Origin: Lama guanicoe
Lineage: Eukaryota
DNA length: 64,000 nucleotides
Assembly: GCA_013239625.1 (NCBI GenBank)
Contig: MU053934.1
Location: 1,791,031 to 1,855,030 of the forward strand
Direction of reading: 5' to 3'
Numbering within the stretch: position 1 is the stretch's first letter; each line of letters begins with the position of its first letter. Below the pieces are notes generated by a model. It ran no database searches. It saw nothing but the letters and a program-made list of their open reading frames with translations, and was not told where the DNA came from. The position numbers and the translations under genes are program-made. This document shows positions 1 to 13,682 of the stretch, in pieces.

Positions 1-550
1 TGTGCCTGGCCTTTGTAGGTAGGGATTGTGTCTCTTGGCCTGTGTTTGTAAGTTATTCCCCGCACGTCTGTCCCATCTCTCTGGCCAGAAAGTCAGCGCC
101 TGCCACTGGCTGGCCGCCTAGCTGTCTCCCTCGCTGGAGTCCCCACTGGCTTCCAGGTTGTCACTGTTTAAACACAGCTCTGCCACTGACTAGCCAGTGT
201 CCTTGAGTGTATTGCCTAAGTTGTGGTGACCACACTGAGCATCGTCCCCTGACTCTACATCCTCTCTGGGCTCCCACAGCCCCAGGCTCCGGGCACTGAC
301 CGCCGGCCCACGTCCCCCACTGGGCGAGGCTCTCCTCTTCATCTCCCCGCACCCAGCACTGCCCCTGCCACTGAGTGGTGGCTCTTGCTCCTGCCCTGCC
401 TTCCTCCTGCTCCCTCTCCTCCCTCCCCTCCTCCTCCCCACAAGGCTCTCTGGACACACAGACCCATCAGTGCCATTTCTCCCTCGGAGCCCCCTTCCCT
501 TGCTCTAGGAAATGAAAAACACCAGGCAGAGATTGTGAGGTGCTCAGTCT

Positions 551-556
551 TTTATT
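551..556 (-). terminator. MB: MB polyadenylation signal AATAAA
   Basis: tttatt on plus strand ~540 nt past the stop, followed on the minus strand by a GU/U-rich stretch (GGTGTTTTTC). Confidence 0.85.
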
Positions 557-1092
557 AAAACCAGGTGGATCACTCCATCCCTTGAGAAGGCACACTTATG
601 TTCCCTGGGGCTGGGTGTGGCTGTTCCGCCCCAGCCCCACCCAGACCTCCTTCTCAGTGCACAGGGAACTTCTGCTGTCTTTAAGGGCGAGGTGATGGAG
701 CCCAAAACAACTACGGCCCGAGTTTGGATTTACAGCTTGGGTTGGGGGTTCAAGGTGAGGGTGAGGCTGTGGGTCGGTTTGGAGGTTGGAAGGAATTGGG
801 TTGGGGTTTAGGTGAGAGGAGAGTTAAGTCTGACCCAACTCTGCCGGCCGCAGTGAGCAGAGCCCTGCTTCTCCTGGCTCCCAAGGGGATGACTCTTCAC
901 AGGAAGCCGGGTCCCCAGGCATGTGAAATCACCTGAACACCGCCCCCCACCCAGGCCCCTCTTCCTCTCCCCCCTCCACCTCTCATACACAAAGCACACA
1001 CTCAGAAGCAAACGCTATGGCTACAGGAGATCCAGTCCCCACCCTCCCCAGAGCCCTGGCCTGGGTGGGTGGGGTGAGGGGCGCTTGGGGGC

Positions 1093-1239
1093 TTAGCCCT
1101 GGAATCCCAGCTCCTTGTACTTGGCGGCCATGTCATTCCGGAAGAGTTCCAGGGCCTTGTTCATGGCTGCCTGGGCATCAGCTCCGAAGTCCCCGGGATG
1201 CTTGCTCTGCAGAACGTGGATGATGGCGTCCGAGATGAA
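1093..1239 (-). CDS. MB: Myoglobin, coding part of exon 3 (147 nt incl. TAA)
   Basis: Acceptor CCCTGCAG| at 1240-1241; encodes [48 protein letters not shown]. Exons sum to 95+223+147=465 nt = 154 aa + stop. Confidence 0.99.
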   Translation of the reverse strand, partial: FISDAIIHVLQSKHPGDFGADAQAAMNKALELFRNDMAAKYKELGFQG

Positions 1240-1940
1240 CTGCAGGGACAGGGACAGGAGGATGCTGGTCAGTGGGGCAGACAAACCAGGGGCCAGGTGG
1301 GAATCAGATCAAACCCCAGCTCCTCTACATCCCACAGCTGTTTCCTGAGCACTTACTAACTGCCAGGTGCACTTCTGCGCGGTCTCCATGGATTAACTCC
1401 TGTAACCCCCACAACCCTGTGAGACAGATGGGGAAAGCGAGGCCCGTCTTGGGACAGACGAGGAAAGGCTAGGCCGTGTGCCCACGGCCATGTGGCCAGA
1501 TGGGCTGGCTCATCTGCAACCCTCCTCAGCTGTGCTCTGGATGAGGACTCGACGGCAGCCAGGCATGGCCCCGCCACCATGGGGGCAGCCGCAAGGGAGC
1601 GAAATGCTCCTATCCCATGGTTTTATCCAGGATTTTACAATCAGAGAATCTAGAAAGAAACTATTTCCATTTGCATGCATTTAATTTTTGCATGTAATGG
1701 CTGAATATGGCGATTGCTTTAAACAGCCTGTTTGGGGGTGAGTAGGGGGCAGAACATTGTATTTTCTGTGCCAAGCAGAGAGCCGGTGCTCAGAAGTATT
1801 GGTGGGAGGGAAGGAGAGAGAGGAAGAGGAAAGGGAGCAGGCTGGCGGCTCGGCCCCGGGACCAACACCGTCACCATTTGCTCTGCCATCCACAAGGTCC
1901 TTACCAGGAAATGGAGACAGGCATCTCTACAGCATTGGGC

Positions 1941-1945
1941 TGTGA

Positions 1946-1989
<44 letters not shown>
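1941..1989. repeat. (TG)n microsatellite in MB intron 2
   Basis: Visible tgtg run with two interruptions. Confidence 0.95.
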
Positions 1990-1993
<4 letters not shown>

Positions 1994-4289
1994 AACCACT
2001 GCACTTTTTCAGTGGTTTGTCAAGGTTTGATGCCAAGCACAACACCGGTCCATGGACCAAAGGGTGTCATTTTACTGAGGCCCAGATGGGGAAGGAGCCA
2101 GACTGAGGTCACGTAGCAAGTGGATGGCAGAGCTGGAATCTGCACCCAGGGGATCATGGACAAATGATGGCCAGAGCCAGGGACAGAAGCAGAGACGGCA
2201 CCGCAGCTGAATTTGCCCATTTTCTCGGGCACCTGGGATGCAAGTGGCCAAAAGCAGGGCGGGAGGGGGAACACATGCTGAGGGCGGCCTCAGACGCACA
2301 AATCTCAACACCCAGTAAACCCTGCTTGGCTCAGAAACAGAGACAGCTCCACAAACGCCCACCGCTGGGCATTGATTTGGACATATGTTTATGTTCCCCT
2401 TTAATGTCATAAAGGCAACAAAACCTAGTGGGGGATGGGCTGACTTCAGGAAGCTTTGCTCAGGGATAACTTGAAGACCCAAGTTCCAGGCCCAGCTTCA
2501 CCCTGACCTCCATGTAAAATGGGGGGCTCCTGACCCCATTGGGTCCCCCCACTCAGCCTTTCCTAAGTCAATGGCAGAGCCGCTAAGACTTCGCAAATTG
2601 TGGGCTGGGGCTGCTGGAAGATGGGAAAAGATGGTTGCCCTTAGCATGCAGCACGCTCTGTGGTCCCCTCACTTACAGGTGAGAAGGAGCAATTTCTTAT
2701 GAAAGGCATGAATGAAGCTTCCATGGTGTGGGAAAGAGCAGACTGGGGATCCATCTTAATTATTTTGCAGGGTTCTAGTCTGCTAGTCGGTAGTGCTACC
2801 TTGAAGGCATCATTTTCTCTCTGAGCCGGAGGGAGGGGATCAGTCATTCAAGTTGTGCTGTAAGCCCCTCACTGAGGTTCACAGATAGGGGAGAGCCAGG
2901 CTCTGCCCTTGAGAAGCGTGTGTCCCGGCCGGGAGACAGCTGGGTAAAGGGTTACATTACAATACAGCCGGGCAGGCGCCATGGCCAGGATGAGGACTAA
3001 TGCCTTTGCGGGGGAGGGCGGGCAGACGGAGCAGCTGACTGCCTTGTGGGCCAGAGCAGAGGAGGTGGCTTCTGAGCTGGGCCTTGGAGGAGAAACAGGG
3101 ATTTGCCAAGAGAAATAGGGAAGCCAGGGACCATCACTCATGCAGAATCTCAGAGGCAGGACCAGCTCCTCCTGTCTGTGTTGCTGAGCGGGACAGGCTG
3201 GCAGGACTGTTTGTGTGTGATTTGGGGGCTGCTACATAGGGCTGCAGGGGGAAGAGGCTGAAGAGGATGGTGGTGGTTGTTCACGGGAGATATTATGTCA
3301 CAAGGGACTAAAAGCTTGGGTTCCAGAGTACCACAGATCAGATTGTACTTCCTGGTGTATTAGCTGTGTGACCTTGGGCAAGCTACTTAACCTCTCTGAG
3401 TCCTGAGTTTCCAAATCAGAAAAATGGGGATGAGAAGTCTACCTGCCTAGGGCAGAGACTTTTAATTGCCTGCCTAATGTCCACTTTTTCTTTCTTCCTT
3501 GTAACGGAACACTGATTGGGTTTAGAGTGGCAATAGACTTCATTTCCCAGCTTTCCACGCAGATACGTGAGGTTTCTAACTTCTGGCCAATGAGATGTAA
3601 ACAAAATTGTTCGATGAGATCTCCTTAAAAGAGAGCCTTCCTCTTTTCCTCCTGCTTGCTGTTTGGAACATGGACCGAATGACTGGAGCTACAGCAGCCA
3701 TCTTGGACCATGAGTCAACTTTGAGAATGGACACTACATGCCAAGGATGGCAGCACAGAAAGAGCCTGCATCCCTAGGGCTCCTACACCAGCTCTGGACT
3801 CCCTACTGCTGACCTTTTGTGTGAAAGGAAAAGACAGCATTGAATGCAGTTTCTAAACTCGTGGGGTAATCATGAGAATTCTACGCAGTGACCCAGGCAA
3901 ATGTTTATCATGGTCCATCCTAACCAGGAACTATCACCATTATCCTTACCAGCACTGCTGCACCAACCTGCCTGCTGCTCCCATCCCCAGGGGTGATATC
4001 CACAAGGCCCTTTATCCCTCAGGTCCCTAGTGCTCCTTCCTGCTATGTCCCCTCCTCCCACTGGGTCTAGACACAGGACTCAAAGCTCAGGTTCTCCCCA
4101 ACCTCTACTTCTCAGAGCATCACAGGAGGTTCAAACCAATTACTTATGCCTAGGACACCCGAGGCTCCCTCTCTGTAAAGATGCTCGAACTAATAGAACT
4201 AGCCTGCTGGCCACCCTCCCCTGTAATTGAGCCCCAGTTGCTGAACTCCTGTCATATAAGTCTTGTGTGTCTCCAACTCCCAGTGGCAT

Positions 4290-4440
4290 AGGGGTTAGAA
4301 GCTGGGGTTCTGGAGGAATAAAGACCCAGTTTGAACCCCAGCTCTGTCATGTGCTGCCTCTGTGACCATAGACAAGCTACTTAACCTCTCTGTGCCTCAG
4401 TTTCCTCATCTGCCAAGTGGGTGTGATAATGGTACCCACC
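4290..4440. mobile_element. MIR SINE fragment (representative; similar fragments near 3320-3435, 5000-5190, 7350-7540, 21140-21360, 37200-37285, 40830-40910)
   Basis: MIR core motif tgtgacc..gacaag.tacttaacctctctgtgcctcagtttcctcatctg. Confidence 0.8.
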
Positions 4441-4676
4441 CGTGGAAAGAATGCAGGTTGTGCACCCAATGTCCACTTCTTCCTTGGAGACAAGATACTA
4501 ATTCAGTGGAGAAATATGTTTACTCTCGGTGACCCAGGAGGAAGGAGAGTGGGTGACAGCCCATTTTACAGACGAGGAAACTGAGAGACAAAGAGGAAAG
4601 ACATAGGTTCACTGGGCAAGTTAGTGGTTGGGCTGAGACTCAAACCCACATCTCATGCCTTTGGGGCTTCTCTTTA

Positions 4677-5057
<381 letters not shown>

Positions 5058-7571
5058 TCACCTCTCTGTGCCTCAGCCTCTTCATGGGGCACACGAGGCC
5101 CTCCCTGTAGATGCGCCCTCGGGATTAAATGAGATCACAGGTGCTGAGGGCCGCACAGGAAGTGTCAGATAAACACTTGCTATTTTTATTTCTATCATCA
5201 TCGTCTTCCTCTTCTTCATCATTACGGTGAAAGGTAAGAAGGAAAGACCTCTCTGTGTTGCCCTGCCCTCACCCCCATTTTCACGGTGTTGTTTGGCACA
5301 TGGATGACTAAATGCCATCCTCGTGGAGCAGAAAGGGGTGGGAGCAAGGGGCCGAAGGACCCGGATTTGTTGAGCACTCGTTACATGCCAGGGCCTTGCT
5401 GGGCTCTGCATCTACACTTCCCTTTAGGGTCTTATTATTCCCATTTTACAGAGGAGGGAACAGAGGCTAAGAGATGTGAGGTCCTAGCTCCATACTGCAG
5501 GGCCAGGCTGCCCAAGAGCCAGACTGACATCAGGTCTGAATGACTCGGCAAGTAGTCCATGCAGGGGGCCATGTCTGCAGCTTCCTGCCTGGGGATCATC
5601 CTTCGGTCACTTAAATACTTCCAGCTTCAGGAGGCTCCCTACTACCTGTGAGAGCCATTCCACCCTAAGCAGCAATCAGGCTCAGAAAGCTCTTACTCAT
5701 TTTGCTCTGACTTTCTACACCTCCCAATACCTCCCAGGACTGATGGTGAGGGTCCCTGGTGGGAACCACCTGTCCAAAGACCAGGTCCCTGCTCCTGCCA
5801 GGGACCCAGTGAGCTGGCCGCAGAGGCACACTGCCCGTTATCCTGAGCCACCACCCATAGCCTTGGACATCAGTCTTTCCTGCTGCAGGAAAGTAGGTGT
5901 CAGTTAGTGGAATTCATACCTGCCACTTGGAGTGGGGGTGATTCTCCCCATTTCACTTGTGGGCAAATGGAAGACCACGGAGGTAGGTGACTTGCCCAGG
6001 GTACCTGTCTGGCGTGACAGAGCCCAGACCCAAACCCAGGACTGAGTGGGTCTGCACTCACACTTGCTCCCTTGTGTTGCGCCCAGAAACCTTTGCAGGA
6101 CTGATGCTGCCTGCTTGGCCTTTCCCTCCTCCTGTCTAATGGCTTTGCTTCATGTCTTGAAAGTTTCCTCTTTTATAGTTTCCTGGCTCTGCGACACCCT
6201 TAAACCTGACTGTGGACACGCTCCAGTGTGCACAAGTATCTCACAGCACTTACCTGCACTCACACACATAGACACACACACACACATGCATGTGCCACAT
6301 AGCATGGACAGGGAGCACTCCCTTCCCTACCAGGAGCACATCCCTCCTACTTCCCCAGAATGCCCAGGGCTGTCCACAGCCATGCCAATGTCACCACCTC
6401 ATCTGGGGCCCCGGCCAAACCTTGCACATCACTGACACCTCACCCCTGACACCTTTCACCCAAGGGTCCCAGAGCTCCTGACAATTATTATCTGGTGACA
6501 ATGATCCTTGAACTCCTGCCTGACAGATGGGAGACCAGCATTCACAAGTGAAGGCCTAAGGTCGGGACACTGGAGAGCAGAAGAAGGCCAAGGACTTGGG
6601 ACCCAAGGTAGCCAGGGATCTCAGACATTTTGGGAGTCCCCCAGATGTCTGGGAGAAAGAACAGGGCACTGAGAATTATGGAAGCTGAGTTCTGTCCCCT
6701 GCTCTGCCTCCAGTGTGCTGTGTGACATTGAAGAAGTCACTCAGCTTCTCTGCGTCATGGCTCAACTATCAAACCAAGAGACTTGGTGTAACTGATTTCT
6801 CAGCCTCCAAATTCTAAGCCCCCACTTCACCCTCCACTCCTAGCACCTGTCAACCAGAGAGGGAGCCCAGATTTACCTTAAACAGTGCAGAAAAATTGGG
6901 CTAATGTGTGTCCACCAGATCATCCCGGCATCACACGGCTGTCTCCCTCCCATGGCCCCAAGTCCTGCAGCTGGGAGCCCCCAGAGCAGTCACAGAAGGC
7001 TGTCCCTGGATGTCCCCGACAGCGGTAACCCAGAAAACGTGCAGATGGGAGGCCCTCACCCTGTGGAGATGGGCGGAGGGCTTTTTCTCCAGTGTTTCAG
7101 AAGTGCTCACTCGTCCGGTGTTTTCATCGAAATCCTATCGTCAGCCTGCCTAGTTTATCCCAGGTCTGCAGGCAAGTCAGAGGGAAAGGAGACCATTTGT
7201 CAGCTGTCCTCTGAGCTGAGGCCCAAACAGGCAGCTACACAGAAGACGGAGGACTCTCACAGACCTGCACAAATCCTTCTCTTCTCCAGAACCAAAGAAT
7301 CAGATGAGGATGGGAACTCATCTCTAGTGTGCCAAGACTGTGGGATGATACAGCACAGGGGTCCAGAGCAGGAATGCTGATCCATGCTGTCTGGATTTGA
7401 ATTCCAGCTGTGGGACTTTGGACGAGTTACTTAACCTCTCTATTAAGTGTGGTGATCATAATAATATCTATCTCACAAGGTTGTTGTGAGGCTTAAATGA
7501 GTTAATATATGTGAAACACTTAACACGGGGCTTAGCAATCAGTGTGTACTATATAAATATTTGCTGTCCTC

Positions 7572-7918
7572 CACATCACCTCTACCACCATTATCACCAC
7601 CACCATCATCATCTCCATCATCATCACCATCTCCATCACCATCATCATTGTCATTATCACCATCATCATCACCATCATCATCATCACCATCTCCATCATC
7701 ATCATCATCATCACCATCTCCATCATCATCATGGTCACCACCACCATCATCACCATCATCTCTATCATCATCACCATCTCCATCACCATCATCATTGTCA
7801 TTATCACCATCATCATCACCACCATCATCACCATCATCTCCATCATCATCACCATCACCATCATCATCACCATCTCCATCATCTTCATCATCATCCTATC
7901 CATTACTGTCATCGTCAT
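7572..7918. repeat. Degenerate (CAT/CAC)n trinucleotide repeat in MB intron 1
   Basis: ~350 nt of catcat/caccat/catctc units; explains the poly-His, poly-Ser and poly-Met ORFs. Confidence 0.97.
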
Positions 7919-10308
7919 AATCGTTAGGACTAGGAATTTTTTATTTTGTCTGTAGCTGCCAACGGCTGGCTGAGACTCTTGAGCCATGTTTCCTCCCTGT
8001 AACATGAGAAGTATTGGCCACCAGCAGAGGCTTTCAAATTTTTCATGGCTCCAAAATCCTTTGTTCAAATGCAAAAAGAAATAAAGCAGAAAAGATCTGG
8101 GGGAAAGCAGGAAAGGCAGGGGGCTGGAGCCCTCTCAGCAGCCTCCTCCCTCCTAAGCCCCTGACTCCTGGAGTCAGAATCTCCAGCTGACCTTCCAGCT
8201 ATTATGTTCTAGAACGTAATGATCAGTTACTTGCAGTGAAGCCCTCGGTGCTTTATTAACAGACTCAGCTGAACAGAATTTGCCCTCTTTTATTATCAGA
8301 GGAGTGGGAGAAATAACCTTTTCAAGCTCAGTCAGAAAGCCCGGGTTCAGCATCCGGAGCAGAACCAAAAGGTCAGCTCTAAAAGGAGCTCTTTGAGCCC
8401 TGGGAGCTAGCATCCCCTCCCGTCCCTGCCCCTAGAACCCAAACTAAGAGGGCAGAACCAGCTGGCATGGTTTCTGCATGTCCTGCAGCTTAAGACGTGA
8501 CAGGGCATCGGGCTCTCTGGGGCCTTCCAGGGGCCAGCAGTCTCCAGCATGATGTCTCACCCCTGGCACCCAGCCCCTGGCGGTTCCCTGCGACCCACCC
8601 CGGGAAGGGAGGAGATGTTTCCCCCATGACACAATACCCCAAGTCTCCTTCAAGATGCCCAAGTCACTGACTTAGGGCTGGCAGCCACCAGATCACCTTG
8701 GAAAGACCCCTGCTCTAGACACTGCTCTCCCACCTGAGACCCTGTCTCCTCTCCAAAAGCAAGGCAGGATTCTGGGCTCAGAGAATGCCAGGCATAAGAG
8801 TGGGCAGGGATCTCAGAAACTGTGTCAGGCAATCCCTTTCCTCAACAAATAGGGAAATAGGCCCAGAGAGGAGCAGTGACACGTCCAAGGTCACACAGCA
8901 AATAGGGGCCTGGGAGTTGATTCAACTTTGTGGGAGCCTTCTGTCCTTCTATCCAATTAGACAGGACCTGCTGCAGCCCCCAGAGCCAACCGACAGAGAC
9001 AGAGGAGAAAGACACAAAGAAACACCTCAAGATGCCAGTTAGATTCAACAGAGAACTCGACTGTGCTTTCTCAAGCGTTTCTGGTGAGATTCACTGAGGG
9101 CTCGAACTCCAGATGACAGAGCTGGTAGAACCAGGCATTCTCCCCAGACATGGGACCTGGAAATAGGTGAAGCCCAAGGGAGACTGAAAGGGCATCTAAG
9201 TGGGAGAGGAAGATCTGCTCTGGCTCCCAAAGAGGGAGAAATTCATCTGTAAATGCAAGTGTGAAGGACAATCCGTTCACTTGTGGCAATCGGGGCCCGT
9301 TTTCTCACAGGTGTCCATATACCCCATTAGGTTTTTGACTGGCACTTCCCAGAGCATGAGAAGGGGCTAGGAGCGGAGGAGAGTCCATCGCCCTTTGGGA
9401 AGGAAGGCAACAGGGACATGAGATTCTATTTACAAGCCACAAGCCATCCTCTATTTACAAAACTCAGAATTTTACGGGATTCTTTGTTGTTTGTTTGTTT
9501 GTTTGTTTAGGAACCTCTTGCTGTAGAAGGCAAGATGTGCTTGGACACATTTCTGAGCCCTCAAATTCAAGACACACTCAACATCAAGTCACTGAAGGGC
9601 CTCTGTCTTCTGTTTTCTAATTATAATACTTCAAAGGCCCCAAGTCTAAGCTTCATATATAATAGTTACCAATATCTTCTAGAACTCACTATATACCAGG
9701 AATTATTCTGGGTCCCTTACATGCATCATCTTATTTAATTCTTGTTTCCACTCTATAATGTAGACATTATTAGGATTTCCCCCCATTGCATAGGAGAAGA
9801 ACTTGAGGATCAGAGAGGTTGTGTACCTTCCCAAAGGTCACACAGCTGCTCAGTGGCAGAGCCAGGTCTACAACTACACATCTCATCTTGAAGGTCATGT
9901 CTTAGCCTTGCATTTTACAGACTATAACGGACTTGTGACTCTGGGGTCTTCCTTCCCGTCTCAGGTCCTTTATGTCCTCACCCATTAAGTGACATGTCCA
10001 GACAAGATCACTCGGATCTCTCTGGTTAATTCTGCCTATAATTCTAGGATTCCTCTTGGTGGGCTCTAAGCATCCAGGAGTTTGCTTGTCAGGCTTCTCC
10101 TAGCTGCTGACACAGGTGTGGGATGGATCTCCTTTCCTCTCCTGACTCCAGCTCCTGACTCGTAAAAGCAAAGAGCTAAGTGGGGCTTTCAACAAACATA
10201 ACTAACGCAGCCAACTGGTCAACCCCAAGGCACACACTCCATCTCGCAGGCAAACACCCCTGATCTTTGGGAAGCAGGTGATGGGGGCAATGGGATCTCT
10301 TCCTTTTA

Positions 10309-10545
<237 letters not shown>

Positions 10546-10629
10546 TCACTCTCTCTTTCCCCCTCCCCTGCTCCCCCCTCTGTCAAGCAGGGGTCTAATC
10601 TTTTCCCTTCTCTAGCCCTCACATGGAAG

Positions 10630-10706
10630 CTATTTTGGGGCGGGTGCCATTGTGGGGAGGCAGGACAACTCAGGCCACGGGGTGGGGGTGGCTGTGTGTA
10701 TGGAAA
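10630..10706 (-). promoter_or_regulatory. MB: MB muscle promoter module: A/T (MEF2-type) element, CCAC box, NFAT site
   Basis: CCAAAATAG (10638-10630), CACACAGCCACCCCCACCCCGTGG (10698-10675), TGGAAA (10701-10706, plus); same arrangement as the described myoglobin promoter. Confidence 0.8.
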
Positions 10707-11439
10707 GAGTGGGGAGGAGGTTGGGCCACTGTCTGGACTCTCAGAGGCCAACAGAAAGGGCATGACCAAGGCCAATGCCAACGGCCTGAAACCCAACGCC
10801 CCTGCCGTCAGCCATCCCAAGAGAACCTGTCATGTTTCTAAGCCTGGGCAGCAGGCTTCGTGACTGTCCCTGGGACGGTCCTGGCCCTTAGCAGTCCCTT
10901 TGCCCACCTTCCGCCCACTTTGCCAGGATGCCCCTCACCCGTCAGAGCGGTGGGAAGGGGTCTAGATGGTTTCTTGCTTTATAGCTGGGTGAACCCGGGC
11001 AGATCCATAACTCTCGGAGCCTGAATTTTCCCACTCCACCTAGAAAACTCCTAGCTTCATGGCTTTGCTCAAATACATCCCTCTGAAAAGTTTTGCTTGT
11101 ACCCCCTCAAGGCGCAATTAATTGCCGGCTCTTTCCATTTATTTGTATGTGTTCCTGTTGCACTGCTTACCTCAGTGCGTCATGTTTCTTTGTCTCCACG
11201 CCGGCTCTTCCATTAGGACCATAGCAGCCGACACTGACAGAGACCACCGGGTGCCAGGCCCTATTCCAAATCCTCTACGTGTGTAACTCATTTAATCCCC
11301 CTACCACCCTACATGATAAACACTGACATCACCTCCATCTAATGGAAGGGACCTTAGGGAAATCTGCCACAGACTGATGGAAGAGCTTGGACTTGAGCCC
11401 AAGAAGTCCACACTCCTGAACACCTTACTCCGATTGTCT

Positions 11440-11545
11440 GCGGGCACAGGCTTTGTTTCATTCATTTGTGTATCTCTTGGACCTTGCACAGTGCCTGGTA
11501 TCAAGTCTGAACTGAATAAATGTTCATTGGATAAGAAGATGGATG
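11440..11545 (+). mobile_element. L2 LINE 3' end fragment
   Basis: cacagtgcctgg...aataaatgttcattggat..gatggatgg resembles the L2 3' terminus. Confidence 0.65.
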
Positions 11546-11589
11546 GCCTTGCAAGGAAGGCAAGTGGAGGATGATTGGCCTTTATTTCA

Positions 11590-11819
11590 CATCCTTCTAT
11601 CATCCATCCATCCATCTATCATCCATCCGTCATCCATCTATCATCCATCATCCATCCATCTATCTGTCATCCATCCATCTATCATTCATCTACCGTCCAT
11701 CATCCATCCATCTGTCCATCATCTATCCACCCACCCATCACCTACCCACCCAACCATCCATCATCCATCACTCATCCATCATCTGTCCATCCACTTGTCC
11801 ATCATCCCTCCATCCATCC
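11590..11819. repeat. Degenerate (CCAT)n = (GGAT)n tetranucleotide repeat upstream of MB
   Basis: Visible atcc/catc units ~1.1-1.35 kb upstream of the MB start site. Confidence 0.95.
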
Positions 11820-11985
11820 AACACACGGTTACAGAGTACCTACTCTGTGTCAGAAATTGTGCTACTTGCTGAGGACACAGAACCAGATCAAACACAGCCT
11901 GGTATTCATGAAACAGTCCCCTAGGGGAGATAAGTAAGAGCAATAAAATGACAGTACAGTTCACTTAGTGCTATGATCAAGGTGT
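11810..11985 (-). mobile_element. L2 LINE 3' end fragment, tail-to-tail with the previous copy
   Basis: catccaaca...gagtacctactctgtgtcaga..tgtgcta..tgctgaggacacag resembles the reverse complement of the L2 3' end. Confidence 0.7.
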
Positions 11986-13516
11986 GTATATATATATACT
12001 TTTTTTCCTGTGCAAATCCTTTATCAAAGCAACAACCAAAATACAGGATGGTTTGCATGGTTTTTCGGTTTCTTTTGCTACTAGATCAACGTAAATAATA
12101 GTCATTTGTTTACATCTTTAAGTTATTTTTTTAAGTGAACATTTATAATTCACAGATCAACAGACTCCTCCTTCCATCTGCATAGAACTTTACAGCTTAC
12201 ACAGTGCCTCCTTGGGCAGGATTATATCTAATCGTCACAATGATGCAAGGCAGCAAGCATTACCCCATTTTACAGCTGGGAACCATGAGACTCAGAAAGG
12301 ATAAGCAAGCGTCCTGGCTATCCTGGGTCTGTACTGGACATGCCAGTTGTGACTGCCCCACATATATAGCTCATTCGAAAGACAACTGCCCTGCCCGACC
12401 CCCCACAGTCATATCCCTCCCCCAAACCTGTGGCTAGTCACAGCTGATTGGACTGGGGCTAGAATCTAACCTGAGGCAGCCAATGGCAAGGCTCTGTCAA
12501 ACAGCCAATGTTTATTAGCTACACCAACCAGATTCTCTTCAAAATGTGACGGGGATGTCTGGCAACAATTGGTTAGGTGGAGGGAATACAGAGTCAAAGA
12601 GGGTTTCATGGGTAAGAATTCCAGCACTGGGTAAGACCCCCGTGCAACCGTGGGTCTCCATTCTGATCTCTGTGAAGTCTGCTCCAACTTTCTGAGGACC
12701 TATACTGTGTCAGGCCCAGGATGCAAGGGCAAGGCGACTCTGGGGTAGTCTGCCCAGGGCCCGGCCTCTACTCCTGGTCTCTTTCTAGAGGGTGAGCCCA
12801 GCAGTGTGGGGAGAGAGGACAGAAGAGAGGACGCGGCAGCCAGCTGACCCCAGCCCGGGCTGTCCACTGGGGCACAACGGTGACATCACTGAATGAATCG
12901 GCATCACTGGGTTCTGATTTAAACCATCAGCTCTGGTAATGCTGTTTTTAAACACCCCCCAGCCTGTGTCCTCTTGAGACTCTCGGAGCAATCCTGAGGG
13001 GCTGGCGGGGCAGGACTGCCATCGCCCCACCTGGCTGGATGGAAGCAAAGGCTTGGAGAGGTTCAGCACCTGCCTGAGGCTGGTGAGCTGCAGAGCTGGG
13101 ACTGAAACCTGAATCCACAGCTCTTTTCCTATCTCCAGCCTCCCGAGCTGTCTGGGGACTGCCTGAGTACTTAAAATCTCATCAATTCGTCACCGGTGCA
13201 AAAGTGTTTAATATGAAGCTGTCACCCCCTTGGCAGGCACTCCCGTTAACTGGCAAGTTCATGGAAACCCGAGGCTTTGAGGTTGATGAACCTTTTAAGT
13301 TTTACCTTTTAAGCTAATAGAAGGGAACCAACATCTGCTTGAACTTACACATCTCTACAACAGAACAGACGGTACCTAGCAGTTGCTATGGCTACCTGGA
13401 GTCGCCAATTTGTTTGGGGGCTATAATTATTCCTGTGACAGCCTTCAAATAGCCAGGGTAGGGAAGCTGGAGATGCACAGAACAGGAAAGCCAGGCTGCC
13501 TTTGCATGCAAAACTT

Positions 13517-13682
13517 CTTTTTTTTTTAAGATTTGGCCCCTTAATTTTATTCTTTTTTTTTTTTGGAGGGGGGTTAGGTAATTAGGTTTATTTATCTATT
13601 TTAATGGAGGTACTGGCGATTGAACCCAGGACCTTGGGCATGCTAAGCACACACTCTGCCACTGAGCTATACCTTCTCCCAT
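13517..13682 (-). mobile_element. tRNA-derived SINE (Vic-1-like) with extended double-A tail
   Basis: Pol III A box TAGCTCAGTGG and B box GGTTCAATC; flanking direct repeat TGCAAAACTT at 13507-13516 and 13687-13696. Confidence 0.88.

Noticed and set aside
7511..8074. Poly-His, poly-Ser/Pro, poly-Met and poly-Ile ORFs (up to 180 aa)
   Set aside because: Translations of the intronic (CAT)n repeat, which lacks stops in several frames.
11543..11937. Three overlapping HPSI-rich ORFs
   Set aside because: Artefact of the (CCAT)n repeat.
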